Shown piece by piece: positions 55,849-64,000 of a stretch of DNA of 64,000 nucleotides; positions within the stretch are counted from its first letter, which is position 1; every line of letters begins with the position of its first letter. Origin of the DNA: a virus. Where the stretch lies: IMG/VR virus record IMGVR_UViG_3300027833_000025, positions 1 to 64,000 of that record, one strand, 5' to 3'. The notes below the pieces were generated by a model that saw only the letters and a program-made list of their open reading frames with translations, was not told the origin of the DNA and searched no databases. A program made the position numbers and the translations under genes.

Positions 55849-56979
55849 ATGAAAATTAATGAAGTTGTTACCATTAAAGAAGATGCTATGGAAATAGCGA
55901 AGACATTGATGTCATTGTCTGGTGAAGAGATAGTAGCATTAAGCGCAGCACTGACTATGACAGTTCCCGTATTGAAAGGATTGTTTAAAACTGGTAAAGG
56001 CATCATGAAAGTGAAGCGTATGATGGATAGAGCAAGTGTGCGTATCGCTAATGGCATTGTTAAAGAAGATCGTATTAATGAAATAGAGTATTCATCAGAT
56101 GTTCAAAAAGATGATATGTCAAAGTATGATCTAGATGACATGATAGGATCAACTGAATCAACTGGTAAGAAGATAAACGGATATGAGATTCATACAATTG
56201 ATGAAGGTGATGTATCATTCTTGGTAAAAGAGCCATACGGTGACGGATTTTTAGGTGAGTTACGATTAAAACCTGAACACAAGTATGAAGGAATGCATAA
56301 GAGTGTTGTGTTCTTTGATGAAGTGATTCAAGGAAAAGGTATAGCACCATTATTGTATAAAATGGCGATAGTTGATTATGGTCATACTATTGTTAGTGAT
56401 TATAAGCAGTCCAAAGGTAGCAAGACCTTATGGGAACGATTAGCAAAGATGTCTGGTGTGTTTGTGTATGGATGGAATCCAAGAGCAAAGGGTGATAAAG
56501 AATTTTTTCAATGGGATCCTACTGAAGACTCCGACAGTGTAATTTATCATGGTGATTCATCAACTGATGTATTAAGAGATGAATTAGATGCATTAATGAA
56601 AGATATTGGTAGTCGTAAGCAATCAGGTGAATTGTCAGCAGAACAAGCACAGGTAGAGTGGAACGAAGGTAAAAAAGAAATCAGTGCTGAATTAAAAGAT
56701 GCAGACTTAGTTAGATACAATGACATTAGACTAATTGCAACAGCAGATAATAACTTAGACGAGTCTATAGGAGCATTAATGGGTATGATATTACCAACAC
56801 ACGCAGCAATGTACAAAAAAGCAGCAGCAATGATGTCAGAATTTCATGATGAATATCCATCATATGGATTGAACAAACTTGCAGCATTAGTATCAAGACG
56901 CACCGCAAAAGATTTTGACAGACGTGCTTTGGTACAAACTTACAAAAAGCAGTATCCTTCATCAAATATAGAAGAATGA
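55849..56979 (+). CDS. Modular protein with GNAT-like domain
   Basis: MKINEV; QGKGIA..LY...SD..QS..S..LW..L. Confidence 0.65.
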   Translation: MKINEVVTIKEDAMEIAKTLMSLSGEEIVALSAALTMTVPVLKGLFKTGKGIMKVKRMMDRASVRIANGIVKEDRINEIEYSSDVQKDDMSKYDLDDMIGSTESTGKKINGYEIHTIDEGDVSFLVKEPYGDGFLGELRLKPEHKYEGMHKSVVFFDEVIQGKGIAPLLYKMAIVDYGHTIVSDYKQSKGSKTLWERLAKMSGVFVYGWNPRAKGDKEFFQWDPTEDSDSVIYHGDSSTDVLRDELDALMKDIGSRKQSGELSAEQAQVEWNEGKKEISAELKDADLVRYNDIRLIATADNNLDESIGALMGMILPTHAAMYKKAAAMMSEFHDEYPSYGLNKLAALVSRRTAKDFDRRALVQTYKKQYPSSNIEE

Positions 56980-56985
56980 GTAATA

Positions 56986-57366
56986 ATGGATATTACAGTA
57001 CGTAGACTAACGCCTGCTGATGTTTATAAACTGCAAAGTATAGTAAAGGAAGATATAGCAAAAAACGCATATATCACTTGGCCCTTTACTAGAGAGATAG
57101 CATTGTCGTTTATTACTGAATACAACACATGGGGTATTTGGCTCAATGATGGTATACTTGCTGGTGCGATTGAGATAAAAGATACGCATGAAACTGCATA
57201 TTTGGTTGCTACAATATATCAAAATAATGGTATTGCTACAGCAGCAATTGAGCAGATAAAAGAAATATATCATTATAGACAATTATGGTGCAAGATAAAT
57301 CCAAATAATAAAGCGAGTTTAAAAGTTGCAAACAAAACACATATGAGAGTTCAGTTTTATAGATAA
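56986..57366 (+). CDS. RimJ/RimL-type GNAT acetyltransferase
   Basis: YQNNGIAT, NPNNKASLKV. Confidence 0.8.
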   Translation: MDITVRRLTPADVYKLQSIVKEDIAKNAYITWPFTREIALSFITEYNTWGIWLNDGILAGAIEIKDTHETAYLVATIYQNNGIATAAIEQIKEIYHYRQLWCKINPNNKASLKVANKTHMRVQFYR

Positions 57367-57388
57367 ATAGTAATGCAGGAGGCAGATT

Positions 57389-57643
57389 ATGGCGAACAAG
57401 AAAGTAGAGAATCATGATATCGAAGATTTACATGGTCCCATGAATAGTGTTGCAAAAGAAGATGCAAAAATATGGACAGGTCTAGAAAATAAAAAAGAAT
57501 CAGAATATGAATTACATGAACATAGGACAGTAGTCGCAAAAAAGCAGAAAGCGAAGAAATCTAGTAAAAAGCAAGATAGGCGAATATCGAAGCAATTAGT
57601 CAAACAAACTGACAATGGACAAAGTGCATTATTGCATAAATAA
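57389..57643 (+). CDS. Small basic late protein
   Basis: GATAAATA 57362-57369, AGGAGG RBS. Confidence 0.65.
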   Translation: MANKKVENHDIEDLHGPMNSVAKEDAKIWTGLENKKESEYELHEHRTVVAKKQKAKKSSKKQDRRISKQLVKQTDNGQSALLHK

Positions 57644-57647
57644 TATT

Positions 57648-57857
57648 ATGAAAATAAATGAAATTATAAGTGAAGAGGCAGCAACAGGTGATACGATGTC
57701 TGGCAATTTTGGTGCTGTTTCGTTCCCAATGACACCTGGAACTACGAAAATGGCTGCTAGAAAGGCAGTTGATCCTAAAGGACATTTAGGTTTAGGTAAA
57801 TCAAATAAATCTTTTAAAGGATTTAGACAATACAAGTTGGATAAAAAAGATAAATGA
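57648..57857 (+). CDS. Small protein with CTS-like leader (leaderless late start)
   Basis: CATAAATA 57635-57642 five nt before ATG; MKINEIISE. Confidence 0.65.
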   Translation: MKINEIISEEAATGDTMSGNFGAVSFPMTPGTTKMAARKAVDPKGHLGLGKSNKSFKGFRQYKLDKKDK

Positions 57858-59035
57858 AATTCGAACAATTAAATGAGAAGTCAACATTACCATTATCACA
57901 AGAAGTTTCTAACTTACTTGGACGTGGTGATACAGTTTATATTCAAATTGATGATGCTAATGTAGCAGAAATAGTAGGAGTCAATCTTGACAAAGATAAG
58001 CGAACCGTAATTGTAGGATTTGGTAAATCTAGAAAATCTATCCCAGTACATAACGACACATACAGAATTGATGATAGCGAGGGCTATAACGTAATTCGTA
58101 AAATTAAAGAATCAAACATACAGGAAATTCCCATGACAAACAAAAAAATTAACGAAGGCGCATTTGGCGACTTAGCCAACGTAGCAGAACGTGATCACGA
58201 AGTGCAAATGGCACGTGCTGATCTATATAAGATAGCAAAATATGCTATGAAACTTCATGATATGTTAAAATCTGTATCAGAAGTAGAAGGTATTCAAGGT
58301 TGGCAGCAAGCTAAAATTACTATAGCAGCAGACGATATATCAAGTGTGTACCATGCAATGGATTACGATATGATGGATCTAGATGCAGACTATGACGTAG
58401 ATGAAGGAATTTCGTCTAGACCAGGCTTGAGTGCTCCATTGAAGCGTACCATTGAAAATTTACCACATTTGGTAGGCGATAAAGTTGCTGATGAACGATG
58501 GGAAGCGAAAAGAGCAGCAAAGAAAGCAGCAGTCGAAAAGCGTGGTTTAAATGCATTATTTGCTGGTGCTGGAGATACCAACTCTGTTATCACACGTCAG
58601 CGTACAGAAATGGACAATGAAGGTAGCGCAGGCAACATATATAAAGATGGTGTTGATCAAGGTATGTATGAAATTGACACAAACGCAGATACTTTATTTT
58701 TTAATAATCAAGGGTTTGATTCGTTTGAAGATGTAGCAGCAGCATTGGGTGGTGAATTCTCTTGGGATGAATCTGCAAAATTAAACAATGTGACCGAAGC
58801 AACTGGAACACAAGAAGGAGATCGTATGTACAAAGTTGTACACGCAAAGAAAAATCCAATTGAAGTTTCAGCATCAACTAGTTACGAAGCAGCAACAAAA
58901 GCAGCAGCGATTTGGAAATTAAAATCAACAGCAGGTATTTCCCCGTATCTATTAGATATGAAACATGTTTCAGAACAAGCATCATCTATGTTTGAATCTG
59001 CTAGAAAGAAAGCAAAATTAAAAGCGAAAAAATAA
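57854..59035 (+). CDS. Multi-module head protein
   Basis: MKFEQLNE; modules bounded by IKE/INE/VDE/VTE/VSE. Confidence 0.65.
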   Translation: MKFEQLNEKSTLPLSQEVSNLLGRGDTVYIQIDDANVAEIVGVNLDKDKRTVIVGFGKSRKSIPVHNDTYRIDDSEGYNVIRKIKESNIQEIPMTNKKINEGAFGDLANVAERDHEVQMARADLYKIAKYAMKLHDMLKSVSEVEGIQGWQQAKITIAADDISSVYHAMDYDMMDLDADYDVDEGISSRPGLSAPLKRTIENLPHLVGDKVADERWEAKRAAKKAAVEKRGLNALFAGAGDTNSVITRQRTEMDNEGSAGNIYKDGVDQGMYEIDTNADTLFFNNQGFDSFEDVAAALGGEFSWDESAKLNNVTEATGTQEGDRMYKVVHAKKNPIEVSASTSYEAATKAAAIWKLKSTAGISPYLLDMKHVSEQASSMFESARKKAKLKAKK

Positions 59036-59199
59036 TGTTTGAACCATCACTAGAAAGTAGAAATGAATGTAATCAATGCGGTGGAGTTTGTCATGGCAAA
59101 GCCGCAAGATATCGCACACTAACAATATTGGGCGAAATACCAAGACGAATCAAAGTGTGTGATTCATGTCAGTGCAAGAAGTGTATACCAGAAGACTAA
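59035..59199 (+). CDS. 54-aa Cys-rich zinc-binding peptide (not in ORF track)
   Basis: TAATG coupling; CNQCGGVCH...CDSCQCKKC. Confidence 0.6.
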   Translation: MFEPSLESRNECNQCGGVCHGKAARYRTLTILGEIPRRIKVCDSCQCKKCIPED

Positions 59200-59209
59200 G
59201 AGAACTATT

Positions 59210-60211
59210 ATGAAAGCAACTCAATTTTTACAAGAAGGATCCCTGACCAATCAAGAATTACGCAAGTATGGTGGTAAGCGGTTGGATTTATTCATAGCAA
59301 AGATTCAATCAGGTTCTCCATTTGTAAAAGCAGGAGAAACTGAACCTTCTATTGTGTTAGTTAATGACCCAGATATTATTGAGCGTTTAAAGAATAACGA
59401 TATCCCTGCGATGTTTGATATGGAAGAAGGCGGTTCAATTCGTCTTACTCAATTACAAAAAACTAAAGAATTCGGTAGCACAGGTAGTAAGAAAGACACC
59501 TCTGAAAAGCAAGAACATGGTTTAATAGAAATAATCAATAATAATCCAGGTTGTATGATTAGCAAAATGGGTATTACCGCACAATCAGCGCGTGGCAATG
59601 AAGGTTTGAATGCCATGAAGAAAGAACGATACATTGATATATTCATAACTGACAGTAAAGGAAAAGATCACGGTATCTCTATGAAAGGAACAACTGCTCC
59701 ATCATTAGGTGGCGGTGGCGCAGCAGGAATCAATTCTGTAGCCCCAGATTTATTCAAAAAGATATTCGCAAGAATTGAACAGTTCATGAAGAATGAATTA
59801 CAATTAACCAATGGTGATATTATTGCATCAAAGCATATCCCAGATATATTTGTTCGTGTACCAGATGATTATGTGGAAGTCATAATGAAGGGTAACGAAG
59901 CAATGGGTGGCCCTATTGATTATATGTATGTAGGTCCTATGGATGCTATCGGAGAAGTTGATAATAATAATATGTTGAATTTAAATGGAAAATTCTATAC
60001 AATAGAAGAGTACATTAATAAAATCGGTAATTTCTACTTTAGAATACGTAAGCGTGACATAGCAGATAATAAGACAGTTCAAGTGGCGTATGATGAAAAG
60101 AATACACTCGGTCTGCCTAAGTTATTAAAAAATCCTGAAACTCATAAAAACAATTTAAGACTAGTTGTTACTAATAAACCTTCTACAACAGGTATTATCT
60201 TAGACTTGTAA
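59210..60211 (+). CDS. PD-(D/E)XK nuclease-like protein with CTS-like leader
   Basis: MKATQFLQE; EKQE helix, YIDIFI...GISMK. Confidence 0.55.
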   Translation: MKATQFLQEGSLTNQELRKYGGKRLDLFIAKIQSGSPFVKAGETEPSIVLVNDPDIIERLKNNDIPAMFDMEEGGSIRLTQLQKTKEFGSTGSKKDTSEKQEHGLIEIINNNPGCMISKMGITAQSARGNEGLNAMKKERYIDIFITDSKGKDHGISMKGTTAPSLGGGGAAGINSVAPDLFKKIFARIEQFMKNELQLTNGDIIASKHIPDIFVRVPDDYVEVIMKGNEAMGGPIDYMYVGPMDAIGEVDNNNMLNLNGKFYTIEEYINKIGNFYFRIRKRDIADNKTVQVAYDEKNTLGLPKLLKNPETHKNNLRLVVTNKPSTTGIILDL

Positions 60212-60274
60212 TATGTCACGATTGCACTACTCAGTGCAATTATCATTACCTTTGTAAATAACCTAAAAAATCAA

Positions 60275-60303
60275 TTGACAACTCTGTGTTTATAGTGTAT
60301 TAT
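60275..60303 (+). promoter_or_regulatory. Sigma70-type promoter of the dsbA-like/polymerase operon
   Basis: TTGACA-17-TATTAT; hairpin ATTGCACT/AGTGCAAT upstream at 60221-60240. Confidence 0.7.
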
Positions 60304-60354
60304 AGTTAAATGCATTATCTAATGCATATTCATTAATTTTAGGAGAACATCACA

Positions 60355-60609
60355 ATGGCTCATTTTTCACCAGAAGACGTAAATAAATTAAAGCAGATCA
60401 TCACAGAAGGCATTCACATCACAGAAGAAGTGAATGTATTAAAAGAAGGTCTTAAAGACACAGTAACCGCAATTGCAGAAGAACTTGATATTAAGCCTGC
60501 GATTCTAAACAAAGCAATTCGTGTTGCATATAAATCAGAATTCCAAAAAACGAGTGAAGACTTCAGCGAACTTGAAGATATCCTTGAGAAAGTGGGGCGT
60601 ACTCTATAG
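60355..60609 (+). CDS. T4 DsbA/GapR-like dsDNA-binding protein
   Basis: 84-aa helical; LKD....IAEELDIKP..LNKAIR.AYK..F pattern. Confidence 0.65.
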   Translation: MAHFSPEDVNKLKQIITEGIHITEEVNVLKEGLKDTVTAIAEELDIKPAILNKAIRVAYKSEFQKTSEDFSELEDILEKVGRTL

Positions 60610-63252
60610 ATGAGTTATGTCGATGGATTAATTGATCGTGACAGAGACATCATTCATGTGGTTGAACGTGTGAATGGTGTCCGTCGTTACTTAGAATATC
60701 CTGCACATCATACATTGTACTATCCGTCACCGAAGGGAAAATATACTTCTATCTTTGGTGACACGTTAGAGCGAGTAGTGTGTAATTCTGGTCGCAAGTT
60801 TGCCGCAGAGAAAAAGTTACACCATCGCAAAGGTTTATTTGAGAGCGACACAAACCCAGTGTTTCGTTGTCTCGCAGATAATTATCTTGATGCTGAACCA
60901 CCAACACTCAATGTGGCATTATTCGATATTGAAACAGACTTTAATAGAGAGATAGGTTATGCACCACCAGATGATCCGTTTAACGCGATCACTGCTATAT
61001 CAGTGCATATGAGTTGGATGAAGCAAACAGTGTGTTTGGTAATCAAGCCTAGTTCAATGACTGAGGAAGATGCACAAGCGATTGTTGATAGGTTTGACAA
61101 TGCTATCTTGTGTGATAGCGAAGAAGCAATGTTGACTTCATTCTTAGAGTTGATAGACGATGCCGATATATTGACAGGTTGGAATAGTGAAGGATTTGAT
61201 ATACCATACACAGTAAATCGTGTATCGCGTGTATTGAGCAAGAGTCACACACGACAGTTCTGTCTCTGGGATAAATTTCCGAAGCAAAAAGAAGTTGTTA
61301 AATTCGGCAAAGAAACACAAACTTATGACTTGATTGGTCGTATACATCTTGATTATCTTGAATTGTATCGTAAATACACATATCATGAAATGCACTCATA
61401 CTCACTTGATGCTATCTGTGAATATGAACTAGGTGATCAAAAAGTTGAATACGAAGGAACACTTGATCAGTTATACAATAATGACTTTTTTAAGTTCATT
61501 CAGTATAGTATACAAGATGTTGACTTGATGGTTCGGTTAGATGAAAAACTTCAATTTATTGATTTGGCAAATCTTATTGCACACTCAAACACCGTACTAT
61601 TACCAACTACCATGGGATCAGTGGCACAGATTGATCAGGCAATAATCAATGAAGCACATTCACAAGGTTTAATTGTGCCTGACAAGAAGCGTGGTGAAAA
61701 ACCTATTGCAGCAGCAGGCGCGTATGTAGCAACACCGATCAAAGGTGTTCATAGAGACATCGCATCAATTGACTTGAATTCATTATACCCATCTATCTTA
61801 CGTGCATGTAATATGTCTACTGAGACAGTTATCGGTCAGATAAAGCACGTGCACACTAGAAAGATGCTTGAAGATCATGACTTTAACGTACCGAAGGCGT
61901 GGGAAGGTAGATTCGCTTGTATAGAATATGAAATGGTCATGGAAAAGAATACCACATCATTACTTACACTTGAATTTGTAGACGGAACTGCTCATACCTT
62001 ATCTGGTGCTGAGATATACGAACTTGTATTTGAAAGCGATCAGCCTTGGATACTTACTGCTAATGGTACATTGTTCACACACGAAAAGAAAGGAATTGTA
62101 CCTAAATTACTTGAAACTTGGTATGCTGAACGTAAAATATTACAAACAAAAGCACGAGATGCGCGTGATGAAGGTGGTGATAAGTTTGCATATTGGGATA
62201 AGCGACAGTTAGTTAAAAAGATTTTGCTTAACTCATTGTATGGTGCTTTATTGAATCCTGGAAGTCGTTTCTTTGACGAGCGATTAGGACAGTCTACTAC
62301 CTTAACAGGTCGTTGTATTGCACGACATATGGCAGCATCATTAAATGAAGTCATTACTGGTGAGTATGATCACAAAGGTAAATCCATTGTATATGGTGAT
62401 ACTGACTCTACTTATTTTAGTGCATATCCTATTTTAAAAGATCAGATTGCAGCAGGTTCAATTAATTGGGATAATGACACAATGATTTCATATTATGATG
62501 CAGTGTGTGGAGAAGTAGATACTACGTTTGCAAAATTCATGATGGACACCTTTCATACCACCCATGAGTTAGGAGTAATTATTGCAGCAGCACGTGAAGT
62601 GGTGGCTACTTCGGGTCTGTTTGTAATAAAGAAGCGTTATGCACTTATGGTGATTGATAACGAAGGCAAGCGCGAAGATGTAGAAGGTAAGCCTGGCAAG
62701 ATCAAAGCAATGGGACTTGACTTGAAGCGAAGTGATACACCTAAGTTCATGCAGGAGTTCTTGAAAGAGATTCTTGGAATGGTACTAACTGGTATTGAAG
62801 AATCCATAGTAATAGATCGTATTGTGAAATTTCGCAGCGAGTTTAGAGCAATGGATAGTTGGCAGAAGGGTACACCTAAACGTGTAAACAACTTGACTAA
62901 TCATACAAAGAAATATAATAAGATTGGCAAGTGTGGCGTTGGTCATGCAATGGCAGCAATCAATTGGAATCGTTTGAAGAAGATAAACGATGATGCATAT
63001 AGCATGGATATCACTGATGGTATGAAAACTATTGTATGTAAGTTGAAGAAAAACCCAATGGGTATGACTAGTATTGGTTATCCGACTGACGCGAAGCGTA
63101 TACCTGATTGGTTTAAAGAACTACCATTTGACGACGGCTTAATGGAAGAAACTATCATCACAAAGAAGATTGAAAATCTAATCGGTGTTTTGAAATGGGA
63201 TTTACAATCAGCAGCAGCGAATAATACATTCTCTGATTTATTTGAGTTTTGA
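60610..63252 (+). CDS. Family B DNA polymerase (gp43-like)
   Basis: Exo DIET, WNSEGFD, YSIQD; pol DLNSLYPS, KILLNSLYG, YGDTDS, KKRY. Confidence 0.96.
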   Translation: MSYVDGLIDRDRDIIHVVERVNGVRRYLEYPAHHTLYYPSPKGKYTSIFGDTLERVVCNSGRKFAAEKKLHHRKGLFESDTNPVFRCLADNYLDAEPPTLNVALFDIETDFNREIGYAPPDDPFNAITAISVHMSWMKQTVCLVIKPSSMTEEDAQAIVDRFDNAILCDSEEAMLTSFLELIDDADILTGWNSEGFDIPYTVNRVSRVLSKSHTRQFCLWDKFPKQKEVVKFGKETQTYDLIGRIHLDYLELYRKYTYHEMHSYSLDAICEYELGDQKVEYEGTLDQLYNNDFFKFIQYSIQDVDLMVRLDEKLQFIDLANLIAHSNTVLLPTTMGSVAQIDQAIINEAHSQGLIVPDKKRGEKPIAAAGAYVATPIKGVHRDIASIDLNSLYPSILRACNMSTETVIGQIKHVHTRKMLEDHDFNVPKAWEGRFACIEYEMVMEKNTTSLLTLEFVDGTAHTLSGAEIYELVFESDQPWILTANGTLFTHEKKGIVPKLLETWYAERKILQTKARDARDEGGDKFAYWDKRQLVKKILLNSLYGALLNPGSRFFDERLGQSTTLTGRCIARHMAASLNEVITGEYDHKGKSIVYGDTDSTYFSAYPILKDQIAAGSINWDNDTMISYYDAVCGEVDTTFAKFMMDTFHTTHELGVIIAAAREVVATSGLFVIKKRYALMVIDNEGKREDVEGKPGKIKAMGLDLKRSDTPKFMQEFLKEILGMVLTGIEESIVIDRIVKFRSEFRAMDSWQKGTPKRVNNLTNHTKKYNKIGKCGVGHAMAAINWNRLKKINDDAYSMDITDGMKTIVCKLKKNPMGMTSIGYPTDAKRIPDWFKELPFDDGLMEETIITKKIENLIGVLKWDLQSAAANNTFSDLFEF

Positions 63253-63367
63253 TAATGTTTCCTAAACACGAACAATATAGGTATCTTTATATTCTACGCT
63301 CCCGTTGGTGGAATATTCAGATTACTTGTTGGTTATACAAATACAATGCAATTAAAAAGGTGAAGAG

Positions 63368-64000
63368 ATGGAAAGAACAATTTTTGAAACAGAACACAAT
63401 TTAATACGAGATGCAGTACGCAGTTTTGCGACTGAGCATATTTCTCCATTCTATGAGCAATGGGAAGAAGATGGTCAAGTAGATCGTGATATGTGGCGTA
63501 AGGCTGGCGAAGCGGGATTACTGTCACCCAATGTACCAGCAGAGTTTGGTGGGATGGAAGCAGATTTCCTAGTCAATGCTGTCATAGGCGAAGAACTATC
63601 AGCGATGGGATTCATTAGTCAAGCGGTAGGTTTTAGTATTCATTCCGATATCACTGTTCCTTATATAATGAATTATGGTACACAAGAACAAAAAGAAAAA
63701 TATCTTCCTGCATGTATCACGGGCGATATTGTATTAGCCCTCGCTATGTCAGAACCAGCAGCCGGATCAGATTTGCAAGGTATTAAAACGACAGCAGTAA
63801 AAGATGGCAACGATTATATATTGAATGGTTCTAAGGTATTCATTACTAATGGACAACATGCCGATCTAGTATTAGTAGTAGCAAAGACCGATCCGACAGC
63901 GGGCGCTAAAGGCATTTCTCTATTCTTAGTAGAAGCAGATAGTGTTGGATTCACTCGTGGTCAGAACTTGAAGAAGATTGGATTACATTCACAAGATACT
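63368..64000 (+). CDS. Acyl-CoA dehydrogenase (3' truncated; not in ORF track)
   Basis: Manual translation: MERTIFETEH...YGTQEQKEKYLP...AMSEPAAGSDLQGIKT...LNGSKVFITNG...KIGLHSQDT. Confidence 0.9.
   Translation, partial: MERTIFETEHNLIRDAVRSFATEHISPFYEQWEEDGQVDRDMWRKAGEAGLLSPNVPAEFGGMEADFLVNAVIGEELSAMGFISQAVGFSIHSDITVPYIMNYGTQEQKEKYLPACITGDIVLALAMSEPAAGSDLQGIKTTAVKDGNDYILNGSKVFITNGQHADLVLVVAKTDPTAGAKGISLFLVEADSVGFTRGQNLKKIGLHSQDT

Noticed and set aside
21457-63252. Introns or inteins in nrdA, nrdB or polB
   Set aside because: Lengths and motif spacing are normal, with no insertions evident.
63255-63404. 49-codon ORF between polB and the dehydrogenase
   Set aside because: No clear RBS or motif, and it overlaps the dehydrogenase start; unsupported.
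1-64000. Many minus-strand and alternate-frame ORFs in the track (e.g. 15430-16092, 10809-11357, 18033-18503, 52905-53366)
   Set aside because: They are shadows of well-supported plus-strand genes, lacking RBS/promoters and recognisable motifs.
1-64000. CRISPR array or Cas system (prompted by the Cas4-like nuclease at 19531)
   Set aside because: No regularly spaced repeat-spacer array was seen; the nuclease lacks Cas4 Fe-S cysteines and cas neighbours.
1-64000. Stop-codon reassignment
   Set aside because: Conserved genes are full length in the standard code, and TAA, TAG and TGA all terminate genes at expected positions.

Overview
AT-rich, gene-dense, almost entirely plus-strand segment of a large lytic T4-like (myovirus-type, probably jumbo) phage. 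Overlapping spanin-like genes point to a Gram-negative host. It carries replication genes (UvsW-like helicase, primase, gp41-like helicase, PolB, DsbA-like, a 192-aa miniature DnaE-like protein), nrdAB-glutaredoxin, PAAR, fibre and baseplate proteins, two tRNAs, phoH, IF-1, a DnaJ-ClpA-PepA operon, a QueC + glutamine amidotransferase pair, a DNA methyltransferase and a radical-SAM/oxygenase/GNAT cluster. An acyl-CoA dehydrogenase runs off the right end. Two promoter classes are readable: sigma70-type early promoters (TTGACA-17-TATAAT) and T4 late-type (N)ATAAATA/CTAAATA boxes. The best candidate for an undescribed system is a set of about 13 late proteins sharing a T4 capsid-targeting-like N-terminus. 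Several are strings of unrelated modules (ligase-like, nucleotidyltransferase, ART-like, GNAT, nuclease) joined at [ILV]-x-E prohead-protease-type sites, suggesting a head-packaged, proteolytically released effector payload. Also notable are the minimal DnaE and an early membrane protein sharing a 27-aa C-terminal tail with a late virion-operon protein. All family calls come from motif recognition by eye; no searches were run.
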